NCBI GenBank assembly: GCA_964016885.1
Contig: OZ024740.1
Span: 128,650,001 to 128,714,000 of the forward strand
Source of the DNA: Eledone cirrhosa
Lineage: Eukaryota
DNA: 64,000 nucleotides
Direction: 5' to 3'
Under the pieces are notes generated by a model that was not told the origin of the DNA, ran no database searches, and saw only the letters and a program-made list of their open reading frames with translations. Made by a program: the position numbers and the translations under genes. Position 1 is the first letter of the stretch; every line of letters begins with the position of its first letter. Shown one piece after another: positions 1 through 14,398 of the stretch.

Positions 1-1068
1 TTCTTTATCTGAGGTCCAACAAAAATTCCATCTTTAATTTTGGCCTCAGATAACTTGGGGAAGAACTCAAGAAGGTACTTAAAAGCGGCTGATTCTTGGT
101 TGAGAGCCTTCACAAACTGCTTCATCAACCCCAACTTAATGTGCAGTGGCGGCATGAGCACAATCCTGGGATCAACCAGTGGCTCCCACATGACGTTCCG
201 GGTCTCAACTACAAATTCTGTCCGCTGCTCCTAGTTCTTTCTTCAGTAGTGGTCAGAGGTGGCTCTGCTGTCCCAAAGGCAGAGGAAACATTGGAATTTG
301 ATAAAGCCTCCTTGGAGTCCAAGCAGGAAAGCCACCATCTTGAAGTCTCCAATGATTTCCCAATTGTACTGGTTTTGTATTGCAGAGCTTCCAAGAGGAC
401 TTTCACGCTGTAGTAATCTTCCTTCAGGCAGACTGAATGAGCTAGGGGCAGTGTCGGTAACTTGCTTCCATTGTGTAGGTGGACAGCCTTCAAACTTGTG
501 GTGGAGCTGTCTATAAATAGCCGCCACTCCTTGGGGGCACAAACGGCACCCCAATAACGTCAAACAGTTCAGGCACATCATGGCAGAAGCAGAGGCCATC
601 CCTAAGAGTGTAAAAGCCTGAGAAAGGTTCGTGTCGACTTCTCTGACTTGTCACCTGCACTTCCTCCTTGACCAAGTTCCACTGCTTTATTCTGGAGACG
701 AATGCTTAAAACACAACTTACCCTTTATTCAGGGTGTGAAAATCCAGTATCAATAAATCTCTTTAATTCACTTTTTAACAATGTTATACTTTATTGCACT
801 TTTATAATTTTCTTTAGGTATTACTCTTTATTTTATAATTTTAATTTAACCTGAAACATATAGAAAAATCATTTAACATAAACAAAGTAAACTTACATAC
901 AACGTAAAATCCAGCATACAACTAATTCTAGTGAATAGCTTAGAATTTTTACAAACCCAAACTTTTAACTGTTTAATAGCACTCTTTTTTATTTATTTGC
1001 GACCTAAGCAACACAAAAATGTGATTACAAGCCAGGAACAGAGAGAAAAAAGTTTTTGTTACACGGTG
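1..1068 (-). mobile_element. Decayed DNA transposon, Chapaev3/CMC-like transposase pseudogene with one terminus (runs off window start)
   Basis: Minus-strand frameshifted fragments read EWRLFIDSSTTSLKAVHLHNG..LPLAHS, IIGDFKMVAFLLGLQGGFIKFQCFLCLWDSRA and PLVDP..PPLHIKLGLMKQFVKAL, motifs I recognise from this transposase family. A putative terminus CACCGTGTAACAAAAAC starts at 1068 on the minus strand. Superfamily assignment is from memory. Confidence 0.7.
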
Positions 1069-1810
1069 TTATTGAAGAAATGCAAACACTTACTTTATCT
1101 CTAATAATATAGCAAATAATAGCGTATTCCTTATTTTTTAAAAGTTTTCAATGGATAAAAGTATATTAAAGAATCTAAAAAAGGTACTTTCAATTTCGCT
1201 GAGAGCCCCTCAAATTGTATTTCTTATTACTTTTTATATTTACTTTGTTATTTTACACAGGAGTCGAATACATATATTCTACTAGCACTACTTGTTAAAT
1301 CTGTTAATCAAATCTGCTCGTTGTTTCACCGTTGATTTCCTTCCGAAACATGACACTTAATTTCAAGCATATTAGAGAGATTAAAGATGCGTTAACAACA
1401 TTGCTCAGAGGCGCAAAGCCACAATTGTAATACGAATGGCAAAGAGAATTAACGAAGTCTTCAAAGATGAAAGACTTATCAGCTAGATCAATATAAAATT
1501 TGACTTCACTAAATGTCCAAATGTTAAAGATCCATAACACAGAAGAGGTTCCCCGAACCATGCATTGTTTCACTTTTATCATGATGTAATAGCCACAGGC
1601 AAACGACAATTGATAACATAATTAATTTCGTTTAGAATTTTCGGTTCTTCTAGTGATTGCGACATATACATCATCTATACGCATTTATAAAGGCAATTGT
1701 CAGAATTGTATCTACTATATAGCATTCATTAGGAATATTTCTTGTTATTTTTCGAATATCCTCCTATTCACGCTTCTATCATATAGGTATAAATGGATTA
1801 AACAAAACGA

Positions 1811-1943
1811 GGTGGATTGGCAGTATCGGTAGAGGGTTGGAAACCATTCTTGGACTCATAGAGTTACGGTCCTTGCCATTTTGAGTTCAAATCCCGCCGA
1901 GGTTAACTTTGCCTTTCACCCTTACGGGGTCGATAAAATATAA
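1811..1943 (+). mobile_element. tRNA-derived SINE (family repeated throughout window)
   Basis: GGTGGATTGGCAGTATCGG head (A-box-like), GAGTTCAAATCCCGCCGAGG (B-box-like), then CCTTTCA.CCTT.CGGGGTCGATAAAAT body. Matches copies at 28420, 45611, 46946, 59737 and 62878. Confidence 0.85.
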
Positions 1944-4297
1944 GCTTTGACGATTGAGTATCACACATATATTAATTTGCGATAGTGCAATATGTTTTGC
2001 GAGTTTAATGTTGCAGTAAAATGTGGGGCCGGCCCTGGTTCCCACGTACTAGGATCATCCAAATAACCATAGCTCTCAATTTAATATATTGTTACGATGA
2101 ACATCGTTACATTAGCCTCAGTTTTGCTGTCGGATCTAGAGAAAGAGTATAAACATATGAAATATATATATATAAATATATATATCCTAGACTTAATGAT
2201 TAATTGATTAATTTAATTAGACAATTCTATTGATTTGTTAATTATTTATGTTTATTTAATAACGTCTGGCCGAGCGCTTTATTCAGTTTGTGGAAAGGAA
2301 TTTATTCCTTTGTTCAAAATTTGAATTTTGACCGCCAAATACCGGGGGTCTCCTCCCTTTGGGAAAACCATGTGACCGCCAGCAGTGTTTACTGCTAAAA
2401 CGTACACCCGGCAACGGCAGATAACGGATACCTGTTGAGAAAGTGAAACCTCTGTTCGTTCTTCCAAAACCATTAACTTGCATACCTCGCAAGTGGATTT
2501 TGTTGATTTCGGAAACACAGAATTCTAGCGGAGATATTGCTTAAAATCGACGCGATGGTCCAGGTTTGTCAAATTATCCTGAGTCGGTTTTCTCGTTGCT
2601 TTGGCTCCTGCGGCTGGCTTACCGGTCGCAATCTTCAATTTGTCAAGCTGTCTAAACGTAATGTTATTACTTTAAGGTAAAAAACCTTATTAAATTCTTA
2701 GCTGCACATTCCGGTTGCATTCGTTAGCTTAGCTGCAGCCGGAGCTTCGATTATGCTGAACTTCCATTTGCATTTATATATATATTTAATTGCGCACTTC
2801 GTAGAACTTTGCGGGTATGATCATGAATACTAAGTTCATTATTGGTTGTGAATTGACAAGATTCAACAGAGGTTTACATTAAATGAGCTTTCTCAGGACC
2901 GATAGGCTTCGTTCTAAGTTCTATTTAATATAGAATATTAAACGTGGGTAATAAGTGGTGTTTGGTATACAAAAAATAAAATCACGCTCCATAATCAAAT
3001 GTTAATCCACATTCTGATACATATATGTATGCTGCTAATTGCTGTAAATAAAGCATGGATGTCATCAAATCCACATCATCCCTTTTCTTGCTTTTAAAAG
3101 TAAGAAATTAAAATATTTTTTCTTTGCAACGGTTCCATTGTACCGCTATGAATTTCCTCTGCTGGTGTGGCATCTATAAATTAGAATCATCATAATTGAT
3201 TTACGTTCAAAAGTTTAATCGAATATATTGGTAATGTGTGAACGTTGATTTCATATTACTTTTATGGAGTTATATGATAGGAATATATCCTTTTCAAACG
3301 GAAATTGGTCACATAACGGATTTGAATGCCTAGCATTCTTTAAACATAGAAACCATAAAACGGAATGAACATTTACGACACTATTTAAATGCTGTTGACT
3401 CAAATTAACATAATAAGTAACATTTAATATGGTAATAGTTAAATTTCTACATTTGTAAAGAGTGCGACGAAAATGTTTACACAACGAAAGAAATGATAAA
3501 TGCAAATTGATTTTAAGTGGATTTTTGTCTCCTTTGAATATCTAACATGAAACTCGTATGTAATTGCTTTTGATATTATGGTAGAACAGTCTCCTGCTCG
3601 AAAGAGAACAGTCCTATTATGATTAACTCTATATACGTCAGGATACAGTTCTTCCCATATCTAGGAGTAATCAGTACAATGTGAAATTCACTTTTTAAAT
3701 TCATTGAGTGTGATTTGATGAAGACATAGCTGCTACTTTTAAACAGTTCGAGAAACAGCGCTAACATCTCTCCTTGTCTTGTTTTATGAATCTATTATAA
3801 ATATACATATGAATGTGGTCGATACTATAACGATATCTGATATAAAGAATAATAAATTAAAACAGTATAGGAAATAATGTGAAACGAAAGATATAACAAT
3901 TTGGAGGTTTCATGGAATATATATGGATTTAGTCATTTTCTGTACCGATGTGTTTCATCTATTGTTTTAGAAGAAAAATGTTACCTGGGCTATTATGTGC
4001 TGCATGTAAGCGCATGTATTTGATTCTCTTTTGTGTGTACGTAGAATGCTTATATTAGTTTCTAAATGTTCTAAATATACTGTTTAATTATATATCAATT
4101 TATATATATCTCTTTAATGATTGCAATAGAAAATAGAATTGATATGTTTCATATCATTTTCTCTGTAAACCTTTGTATATGCCACATGTTTTGTTGTACC
4201 ATTTTAATAAGTCTTTTTCTATATAGGAATGGGAAAGTTAGTAAATAGAGACAATAACTGTTGCTCCTGCTGCAATAATTATTTCTAATCGAGACGC

Positions 4298-4930
4298 ATT
4301 TTATTTTACCGACCCTATAATCATAAAAAGCAAAGTTGTCTTCGGCAGATTTGAACTTAGAATATAGAATATCAAAACTAAATATTGCAAACCGTGTTGT
4401 TCCGTGTCCTACCGATTCTGTCAATTCACCACCATAGCTGGTGTTATAATAATTGTTTCTATGTTTAGCCCATGACATTAGTAGGTTCTCAGTATATTAT
4501 ATTTACTGCATAAGTTATCAGTCAGTTATTGTCACCCAAATGTTCCCATATTAAAATTTAAAAGGAAGAAGAAAGTGTATTAAAACCACCCCAGTGGTAC
4601 ATTATTTTATCGACCCGGTAATCATGAAAATTAAAGCTAATCCTGGCGACATTTGAGCTCAGAAAGTAAATGGCCTGAGTCCAAATCTTGCCGAAGTCAA
4701 CATTGCATTTCATTTTTCCGAGGTCAATAATATAAAGTATGTGTGAAGTACTGGTATCGATACAATCGACCTTCTCATTCCATTCACAATTTCTGAAATT
4801 GTGCGTAGTAGGGCGTTGTTCGAAACCACTCGAAGTCATGCTGAGTTCAAATTTGCCTTTCGTCATTTCAATATGTATAAAATAATGTATCATTCAAAAA
4901 CTGGAGCCGATATAATCGACGTTTCTTCAC
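4298..4930. mobile_element. Cluster of about 4 old SINE fragments in both orientations
   Basis: Degenerate GAGTTCAAAT/ATTTGAACT boxes and TTTATCGACCC cores at about 4300-4432(-), 4590-4665(-), 4676-4770(+) and 4840-4920(+). Confidence 0.65.
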
Positions 4931-5187
4931 CTACGTATTGCTGGACGTGTGCCTATATTATAAACCGTTATTATGCTATTTGTGGCTATATCATAAGAAT
5001 TTGTTAAAATCGGCTGGGTTATGTTTGCCTTTCATCATTTCACTATCGTTAAATGAATCTTACCATTTTCTGACTCATATCTTTCCGAAGATCTCGATTC
5101 AAGTGACTGTAACGCATCTCTACAAATATATGACCATATGGAAATAAACGATAATAGATCTACATCTTGCTAGACTTAAATGCTATT

Positions 5188-5403
5188 TATGTTAGATTTG
5201 GTCTACTTGCAATGCCAGCTAACTGAAATATTGAAAACAGATCAATGATATACATTATGTTAATTGAGGTAGGTAGATGTGTACTGTATGTTGTATGTAA
5301 ATCTATGTTAGATTTGCTCTACTTACGTCTGCTAACTGAAATATTGAAAATAGATCAATGATATAAATTATGTTAATTGAGGTAGGTAGCTCTGTACTGT
5401 ATG
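5188..5403. repeat. Diverged tandem duplication, about 116-bp unit x2
   Basis: TATGTTAGATTTG.TCTACTT...GCTAACTGAAATATTGAAAA.AGATCAATGATATA.ATTATGTTAATTGAGGTAGGTAG..GTACTGTATG occurs at about 5188 and 5304. Confidence 0.85.
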
Positions 5404-5689
5404 GCGAATACAAATTTATTTTAACGCAGTGCAATCTACTAATGATTTACTTGACATAATGAAATATATTTGCATCTTGCATAAATAAGCACAGTATTAC
5501 TACTAGTAGATTTCCGTGCTGGTAAACATGCATGTAAACAATTTCCATTGAATTCTTGCAAGTCTATGAGTTCATTTTACATTGTTATATGTATATCATT
5601 ATGAACAACATAACATCAAGAAATTCGAATATTCATAAAGCTCAAATGTAAAAACAGATAAGCTTCATAAAACGTTTGTCTGTGTGTTC

Positions 5690-6080
<391 letters not shown>

Positions 6081-6477
6081 ATTTGTATGCGTGTTTGTCA
6101 GTATGTGTGCGTATGTATATTTATGTACATGAGTGTATACACGCACATACGTCACCGGGAAACAATTCGTATACACATGTGTACACATATCTGACCATTT
6201 TCTGCAGGCCATCTTCAAGGCTTTTTCGGCTTTCATAGTCTGATATCTTACGTTTGATATTCGAAAGTGCTTTATTTGAGATGTTTTTTTATTCCAATAA
6301 TCGATTTGTCTCCCCCAACACAACCACAATATATTCTTCACCACAACAAATAAATCAATATTGGCGGAAATAAAGAAAACAAAAATCAAACGAATGGAGA
6401 TCAACGCAATAATAACAATAACCATACCTTCATGATTCTACAAAGTACAACAAAAATAGTGATAACAATTATTATTA

Positions 6478-6508
<31 letters not shown>

Positions 6509-7241
6509 CATTATTATTATTATCATTATTATTATTATTATTATTAATATTATTATTATTACTATTATTATTATCATTATTGTTGTTGTTGTTACAATCA
6601 GCATCATTGTCAATATTTTACCCATTATACTAAAAATACTAAAATTGGAAATAAAAATAATATTATTAATGGAACCTTATTGAATTGAATCAATAAACCG
6701 AATAATATTTTCGCTTTTGTTTTTTCGTTGTCTTTATCTCTTACATATATTTGTTTTATAATCTTGTTCTCTTGTTTCTTGTTTTTTATTTCCCATACCT
6801 CCCCCATCTCATATTTTCCCAAGAATTCGTGATAGATTCCTATTCGCTTAAATGTGATTAAGGCGTAATAATACACCATTCTTTATTCATAATACACACA
6901 GTATGGCAGCTAATTTTCGACGTTTTGTTCAGTATTCTTCAATATTTTTCAAATTATTGTCTCATCACTTCTATTGGTTTCGCTTTCATTGTGTCACTTT
7001 CATTTTCAGTGTTTCGATCGTCTTCATTCTAAATGTATTCAGCAGTTATCTCGTTTAATACAATGTCGGCAATATTCACAGTGTTTTAAATGACAAAACC
7101 TAATGAATGTGATTGCTAACAAAACACACGTAATTTAGCAAACCCCTTTGGTTTTAGACATAATTTTCAAATGGTCTTTTATTTATTTCTGACACTTTGA
7201 TTACTTGATCATCTATCTATCTATCTATCTATCTATCTTTA

Positions 7242-7282
<41 letters not shown>

Positions 7283-8635
7283 GTCTATCTATCTATCTAT
7301 CTATCTCTCTCTCTCTCTATCTCTCTATCTATCTATCTATCTTTCTATCTAAATCTCTACCTACCCATCCATCTGACTGTCTGCCCGTTTATGTCACCCC
7401 CCCCTCTCTCTCTCTCTCTCTGTATATATATATATATATATATATATGCGCGCGCCGTGTCTATTTAAGCATATAGAAGATAAATAGAGATGGAGAATGG
7501 AAATGAAATATATTCAGTAAAGTCGAAGTGTGCTTATGCATTACATATAACAATTTTAATTTAGTAAAACTTTGATTATTTATTTACTTGGTTCATTTGT
7601 TTTTAAATGTATTTATTTCGCTGTCATATTTTCATCGATGTCATAGATTTATAACTAATATTTTGACAGTTGTAAAACAATATATATGTAATATTACTCA
7701 AGATTTTGATTTTTGATTATTGTGACAATGCATATAACTATATCTTTTGAAAACGCAAATTATCCATCTGATATAGCAAAACAACAAGTACAGTATTATT
7801 TATAATTCACACACTGACGATGGGCAACAAATGAAAAATAGCTATACACATTACATGTTGATCTTTTATTCTGTATGCGTTCATTCTATGTAAATAATCC
7901 CTGGCAATCAAGAGATTATTGAAGACAAACATTTTCCAAAATGTACACTAACCTCTTTTGAACTTTGTACTGACACAAACCACCATCAAATTAGTCGTAA
8001 TCCCACTGTTTACAGATGGATGTGATTTTCTGCAGTGCCTATTGACAAATGGATGCAGCAACCAATTTGTAAAGCAATCGCCGCAGTGACAAGTTAGTGT
8101 ACAAATCGCTGACCTCTCGATTTATTACATTTCGTTCCTCTAGAGACAACTATTAGTGTTTCTAATATATGTATATCGGCAGTTACATGAGTTGCTTTCC
8201 CTGTACAAATAAAAACACCAAATGGTTTACCACAAAATTACTTGTTTTACATCTAACGAGTTATCATAAATCAAATAACGTTATGCTACCTTGGTTTAGC
8301 CCGATGATCACTAAACTAGCAGAGATATAATATATATGACCTATGCTCGTTAAGGTTTGAAAACTTTGACAGCTTGCATATACGTTGAGAGCTTACTCAA
8401 ATAATATATTTCGGTTCTGTGTATTACATAAATGGGTTTACATTGTATAAAATACATGGCAAACTAGTGTATACATTTCTTGGTCCTCATAAAAGGACAT
8501 TGTGAAACTCGGATTTGCTAGAAGGTTATACCACAGTTTGCCAACATAGCATATTGACCTCTATGATTACATATTGAGGCCACTTTCTTCAGTGAACCAT
8601 GCATTCAGGCAAATATATATATATATATATATATA

Positions 8636-9194
8636 TGGGTAAATATCTTTAAGTCGTTTGGAAGCTTCGATAATGCAAATGGGTAAATCTCCGGGTAACA
8701 AGTTCCGGTGGTGGAGAGAGAGATGTAAGTGGGTGTACGTTGAGATGCGTGGTGTGTATAAGACGTGTAGAAGAATGAAGGAAAGAGTATAAAGGATAAA
8801 ATAAAAATAAGTACACGAGAGAGAGAGTTACTTTGGGAGAGATTTAATTGTCCCTATATATTTCGGATTCACATCCATCAACTGGGTTTTTTTCCGGGGT
8901 GGGGGAAAGGTTGTCTGTCGGAAAGGTGCGAAACGCGTCCTCCGGTGCGAAATCTCTCCCAAGGTAACTCTCTCTCGTGTTCTTATTTTTATGTTATCCA
9001 TTATACTCTTTCCTTCATTCTTCTACATGTCTTATACACACCACGCATCTCAACGTAGACCCACTTACATCTCTTTCTCCACCACCGGATCTTGTTACCC
9101 GGAGATTTACCCATTTGCATTGTCGAGGCTTCCAAACGACTTAAAGATATTTACCTATTATTCCACAATGCTTGAAGCAAACTTCTATACTCTC
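8636..9194 (+). mobile_element. Foldback mini-element in (TA)n (PLE pLTR-like)
   Basis: Arms of about 210 bp (8636-8845 and 8950-9157) are imperfect inverted repeats with a 104-bp spacer and a 37-nt unpaired tail. (TA)n lies on both sides. Confidence 0.8.
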
Positions 9195-9463
9195 ATATAT
9201 ATATATATATATATATAGTAATAATAATAAATTTGAAGACTAAAATCCAAAGAGGGCTCGTTTCAGAAGATCCCGTTAAGGGTGAAAGCAGCGATTCTTT
9301 GCTTAAACTTTAATCTGTTATTTTAATAAATATTTGCTCTACGGTTCTTATATATTTGATATATATTTGTCCTTATCGAGCCCTCTTTGGATTTTAGTCT
9401 TCAAATTTATTATTATTACTATTTGGCTCCCTCGGTTGAGCACCCTATTGACTTATATTCATC

Positions 9464-11593
9464 ATGCAGAAACAACATCTAAATATTTCTACAGAGAACA
9501 TACCCGTACCAAGCAGGAAAACATACCTAAAACTCATGATACAGAAAACAGACGCGTTCATTAAAACGTTGCGTTGGCGTGCATTTTATTTCGATGATCC
9601 GCGAAAAGCAGACAACAAACAGGATAAATTCGGGTTTAAAACCTATAATAACCCCCCGTGTAACCCAGCATTGCTACCTTTCTAAAATTATGTCTTGGAA
9701 CTCATACGGAGTATCAAATTTCGGAATAGGAGCAATTCCTTCCAGCAGGACCTGAAGAATAGAATTCGTTCTATTAAGGATTCTAATGCCGCGCACGTCC
9801 ATTCCGACAAAACTGGCAACCTATATCAAGTGGAGCGCAGTACTTACCATCAACTACTACATAATGCTGTAACTAAGGATTACCGTAAAACTAATCGGTG
9901 CGTCATCAATGAAATCAACGATGCTGGGTTTAAAATCACCTCTGATCTCAACATCTTGGACCGGACCGAACCTCTGGACCCTATTTCTCCCCACTTTACC
10001 CTGAAGGATCACAAATCCAATTTTCCGAACAACCCCTCTATTCGGCTTATTAACCCTACGAAGTCCGATTTAGTTAGACTTAGTAAAAGGATTCTTGATA
10101 GAATTGTACCTGAAAATAGAAGTTTGGCCCCTCTTGCACTGTGGAAGAATTCTTTCGCGATGATTGATTGGTCCAACGGCATATGCAACAAGGAACATTG
10201 CCGTTTTATCCAATTCGACATCAACAATTACTACTCCTCCATCACTTTACCACTTCTCCTTAGAGCTATCAATTTCGCTAAAATACTCACAGTGGTTAAG
10301 GATTTCGAAGTTGATGTCAATCTCAATGCCCGTAAGTCGGTGATTAATTTCGACGACTCTATTTGGATTAAACAATCCAATAGTACCCCATTCGACGTGA
10401 GTATGGGCGCCAGCGATTCTGAGGAGGTTACTGATCTTATCGGCCTTTTCCTTCTTTTCTCTATCAAGGACGAATTCCCCAACGCGGGCGGTGGTTTGTA
10501 CCGTGATGATGGTCTTTTGACCATGACTAAGTGCGGACCTCGTGCTTGCGACAGGTTCAGAAAAGAACTCACAGTTTTCTTTAAAGGCTTCAACCTCTCT
10601 ATACAGGTTGAGGCCAATCTCTCGGTCGTTAATTACCTCGACGTTACCCCACAATTTATCGAATGGGTTGTATTACTCATATAGAAAGCCGAATGATACG
10701 CTTAATTACATAAGTAAGCATTCCAACCATCCTGCCAGCATAACCAAGAACCTGGTAAGAAACGTTTCGCTGAGGCTTTCCCGTCTATCTACTAACGAGC
10801 ATATTTTCAACGACCATTCTACTTATTACAATGAAGCTCTTGATCGGAGTGGATTTGTCGATAAGGTAGCATATACAGAGTACGAAAATAGACCTAGAAG
10901 AAATAGATCCCGTCGCATTTGTTGGTATAACCCACCATATACTATGAAGGTGGCCACACCATTAGCTAAGATCTTTCTTTCCCTTATTACGAAGCATTTT
11001 CCCCCACACATAAATATAGTAAAATTTTTAATAGAAATACTATTAAAATTTCTTACTCTACGACTCCTAACCTTGCACATAACATCACAGCTTCAAATTT
11101 AGCTGAACTACCTAGCCGTAGGAACACGTGCAACTCTGTAGTTAGTACTAACTGTAATTGTAGGAATCGGGTTGATTGCCCCCTATCCGGAAATGCCTCT
11201 CTAGTAACATTGTCTACAAATGTAAGGTTGAAACACCCAATGTCCCGTAGGGCCTACATAGGGTTAACCGCCAATAGATTCAAGCAGCGTCTTTACATGC
11301 ATACCCATTCTTTTCGATACCCTCTAAGAAGGAATATGACGTCACTTTCAGCTTATATCTAGAGTCTAAAAGACAACCACACCTAATTTAAGTTACACTG
11401 GGAGATCCTAGCTAGGGCTAGATCGTATAACGGAAATAAAAGACCATGTGACATATGCGCAGCTGAGGCCCTGGAAATACTCTACGCCACAGACCACATC
11501 TTAAACAAAAAATCTGAGGCAATTTCGGCTTGTAAACATAAATTGCACAAAACCTTCCTGTATTACAGCTCCACATTATACCCTAACGGATAG
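9464..11593 (+). pseudogene. PLE reverse transcriptase / GIY-YIG endonuclease, disrupted by stops and frameshifts
   Basis: ORFs 9464-9685, 9695-10684 and 10542-11102 give SDKTGNLY, FIQFDINNYYSSI, FDVSMGASDS and GLYRDDGL. Downstream broken frames give NCNCRNRVDCPL, IVYKC..YIGLTANRFKQR, WEILARA, CDIC and LNKKSE..CKH. Confidence 0.9.
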
Positions 11594-12514
11594 TACGATC
11601 TATACGTGGATATTTTACGTCTTGATGTGGTAGCTAAGTATATGTTTTGTTTATACCATTACTTATTTGCTTAGGTAAGTATATATTACCTATTTGTTTT
11701 GTGAAGGTACGTATACTTTCTCATACGTATATTTGATTGATTATGTTATGGTGTATACATTTTCTATATATTCTGGTACACATGGTTTGGCTATGTGTAT
11801 ACGGGAGTTTTGCGTCTGCATGAGTATGCAGGTTCGTACGTATGTAGGGTGTGTGTATATGTGTACTTCATGTTTTGGTTGACTTACGTCTCCGAACATT
11901 TGTGTATTTACATGTAGGTATGTGTGTGCGCTTGTTATATACGTATTTATTTATTTATATACGTTTATTTAATTGTTTATTTATTTGTATACACGCACGC
12001 ACACACACATATTTATATGTGCGTGGTTTTGTATACCTATGACTAGTGTTTTGCGTATGCTTGTGTATGTACGTATTTGCATGTGTGTATGCATTTATTT
12101 AATTTCTATTACCTCTGTATTGTATTTATTTACTTTATTCTTAACTCTGAAGCGGAGATTCATTCGGTTTCCTAGTTAGAATTTAGTCTACGACTTCAGC
12201 TATAACATTTACGTGGTTTTGTCTTTGCTTGCAATTGTTCTCCACGATCCACATATGACGTAATATCTTCGTTTTTTCCGTTCATTGCCAGAGAATGTCT
12301 CCATGAACCACCTAAGAGAACATTAGTCTACGACTTCTTTTATACCATAAACGTGGTTCTGTCTTTGCGCGTAATTGTTTTTCACCGCTCCTATTAATGA
12401 AGTATTATATTGGTTTTTTCCCGTTCTTTGTCAGGGAACGTTTCCACGAACCAAAGTATCGTCTTCCTGTCTTCCTCCGGTTGCAACGTTTTTTAAATAT
12501 CCACTACTGCGTTT

Positions 12515-12590
12515 ACAGATTGACTTTGTTAGTTTCAGAAGATCCCGTTAAGGGTGAAAGCAGCGATTCTTTGGTTAAACTATAATCTGT
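12515..12590 (+). ncRNA. Hammerhead-like ribozyme variant in the PLE 3' pLTR (CAGAAGA core)
   Basis: Bulged stem I ACAGATT..AGTTT / AAACT..AATCTGT, core CAGAAGA, stem II CCC-GTTAA-GGG, then GAAAG. Second copy at 9261-9309. Confidence 0.6.
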
Positions 12591-12597
12591 TATTTTA

Positions 12598-12704
<107 letters not shown>

Positions 12705-12766
12705 TAACCTTGTTCTAGTGACGCAGCTTGATGGAGCATGCAACTATTGATATACTCTTGTTTATA

Positions 12767-12813
12767 GGCTCTGATGATTCCTGCCTTAGTGTACGTATGA
12801 AACACTGTTAGCT
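12767..12813 (+). ncRNA. Minimal type I hammerhead-like motif in a TA-flanked pLTR fragment (12700-12860)
   Basis: GCT-CTGATGA-...-GAAAC-ACT-GTT-AGC followed by AATAAA. Stem II is weak. Confidence 0.55.
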
Positions 12814-12858
12814 AATAAAACAATGTATTTCTAAGCACTCTTTGGTTATTCCTAAACC

Positions 12859-12891
<33 letters not shown>

Positions 12892-12902
12892 ATATATATA
12901 TG

Positions 12903-13437
12903 TCGGTTCACTCTTCAGCGCTACTGGTGTCATATAACCCAGTAAAGCCTGCGTATCGCCGGGTCATCGGCGACTAAACTGATATCCCACCAAGGTTGCT
13001 TTGCGAGGAGGGTGATTTTGGACAGGGAAATCAAAACACGTCAAAGTGCAACGGAACTCTGGAGAGTCAATGGCAATCCAATAAAGCTTTTTGTGGAGCG
13101 AGAAACATTCTAAACTTCAAGTCTTCATTAAGACATCTCTCTAGGAGAAGGCCACTCTGATATAAAACCTGCAGCATTATTTGTATCTAATGATTTAGAA
13201 CAGTTCTTATTTTGGATAAATGCATTTGATGTTCAGAGAGTGGGATTGGCGCTGTGCAAAACTTTTCCTCACTTGAAAAAGCACCAAGCACAGGCATCGC
13301 TTCATATGTGAATTTTTTTGCGATGCATGGTATTGCTGGTTACAGGCAAGTCCCTAACTGGATTAAAAAAATACATTTGTGATTCTTGTGCTTAAGTATC
13401 AAACGATGGCATTACTTAAAATCGAGTTGCAGCCATC

Positions 13438-13440
<3 letters not shown>
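12903..13440 (+). mobile_element. Non-autonomous RTE-derived element, copy 1
   Basis: Colinear with 13810-14400. Contains CTAGGAGAAGG..ACTCTGAT, a motif I associate with RTE 5' UTRs. Ends in GCAGCCATCATC followed by (TATC)n. Confidence 0.6.
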
Positions 13441-13516
<76 letters not shown>

Positions 13517-13523
13517 CATCCAC

Positions 13524-13605
<82 letters not shown>

Positions 13606-13809
13606 CTCTATCTCTCTCTATATATATATCTATATATATGTATGTATGTATATATGTATATATATGGTAACATGTTTATCTACATGTATGTATGTATGTA
13701 TGTATGTATGTATGTATGTATGTATGTATGTATGTATGTATGTATGTATGTGTGTATGTGTGTATGTATGTATGTATGTATGTATGTATATATGTATGTA
13801 TGTATGCAT

Positions 13810-14398
13810 ATGGTAACATGTATCCCAGTACAACCTGTCTCATGGTCGGGTTTGTTGGCGACTAAACTGGCAAACCCACCAAGGTTTCTTAGTGAGGAGG
13901 GTGACTTTGGACATCCTGCAGGACTAAAAACGTAACCTGTCAAAGGGCAAAGGAGCTGTTAAGAGTCAATGGCCATCCAAAATCACTGGGAGAGATGACC
14001 CCTTAGCCTTTGTCAAGGCAGAAGTCTAGGAGAAGGAAAACTCTGATATAACACCTGCAACCCTGATGGTATCCAATGATGTTGACTTGTTATTTCTTTT
14101 TGGTAAATATCATCTTGGTTAAGAGAGTGGGACTGGCTTTGTGCAGTGCCTTTGCTCACTATAAAGGCTTCACGGCACAGGCATTGCTTTATATCTGGAG
14201 ATCTCTCTGCATTTGTCGTCACATGCTACCATAGGCCCAGCACTATGTGTCAATAATTGGCACAAGTGTAGTGTTTGTACCAGCATTTTCAAGTCGCTGG
14301 CTGGACTATAAAGTCACACTCGTTTAGCGCATCGGTAGGGGTTCTCCTACATGGATTTAAAGTAGTGGCCGTACTCGAAAACGAGTTGGCAGCCACCA

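Noticed and set aside
1250-1609. Possible host exon after the TTTTACACAG acceptor-like site
   Set aside because: The plus frames I read stop quickly, and the minus ORF has no recognisable domain.
2090-2878. Possible solo LTR (TGTTAC...TTTACA)
   Set aside because: There is no matching target-site duplication and no second copy in the window. Kept only as an unassigned island.
7814-7845. CTGACGA...GAAA hammerhead candidate
   Set aside because: No convincing stems I-III could be formed.
11100-11593. Selenocysteine-type recoding in the PLE endonuclease (reported for some PLE clades)
   Set aside because: The Cys positions I could read are TGT or TGC, and the interruptions are TAA/TAG stops and frameshifts consistent with decay.
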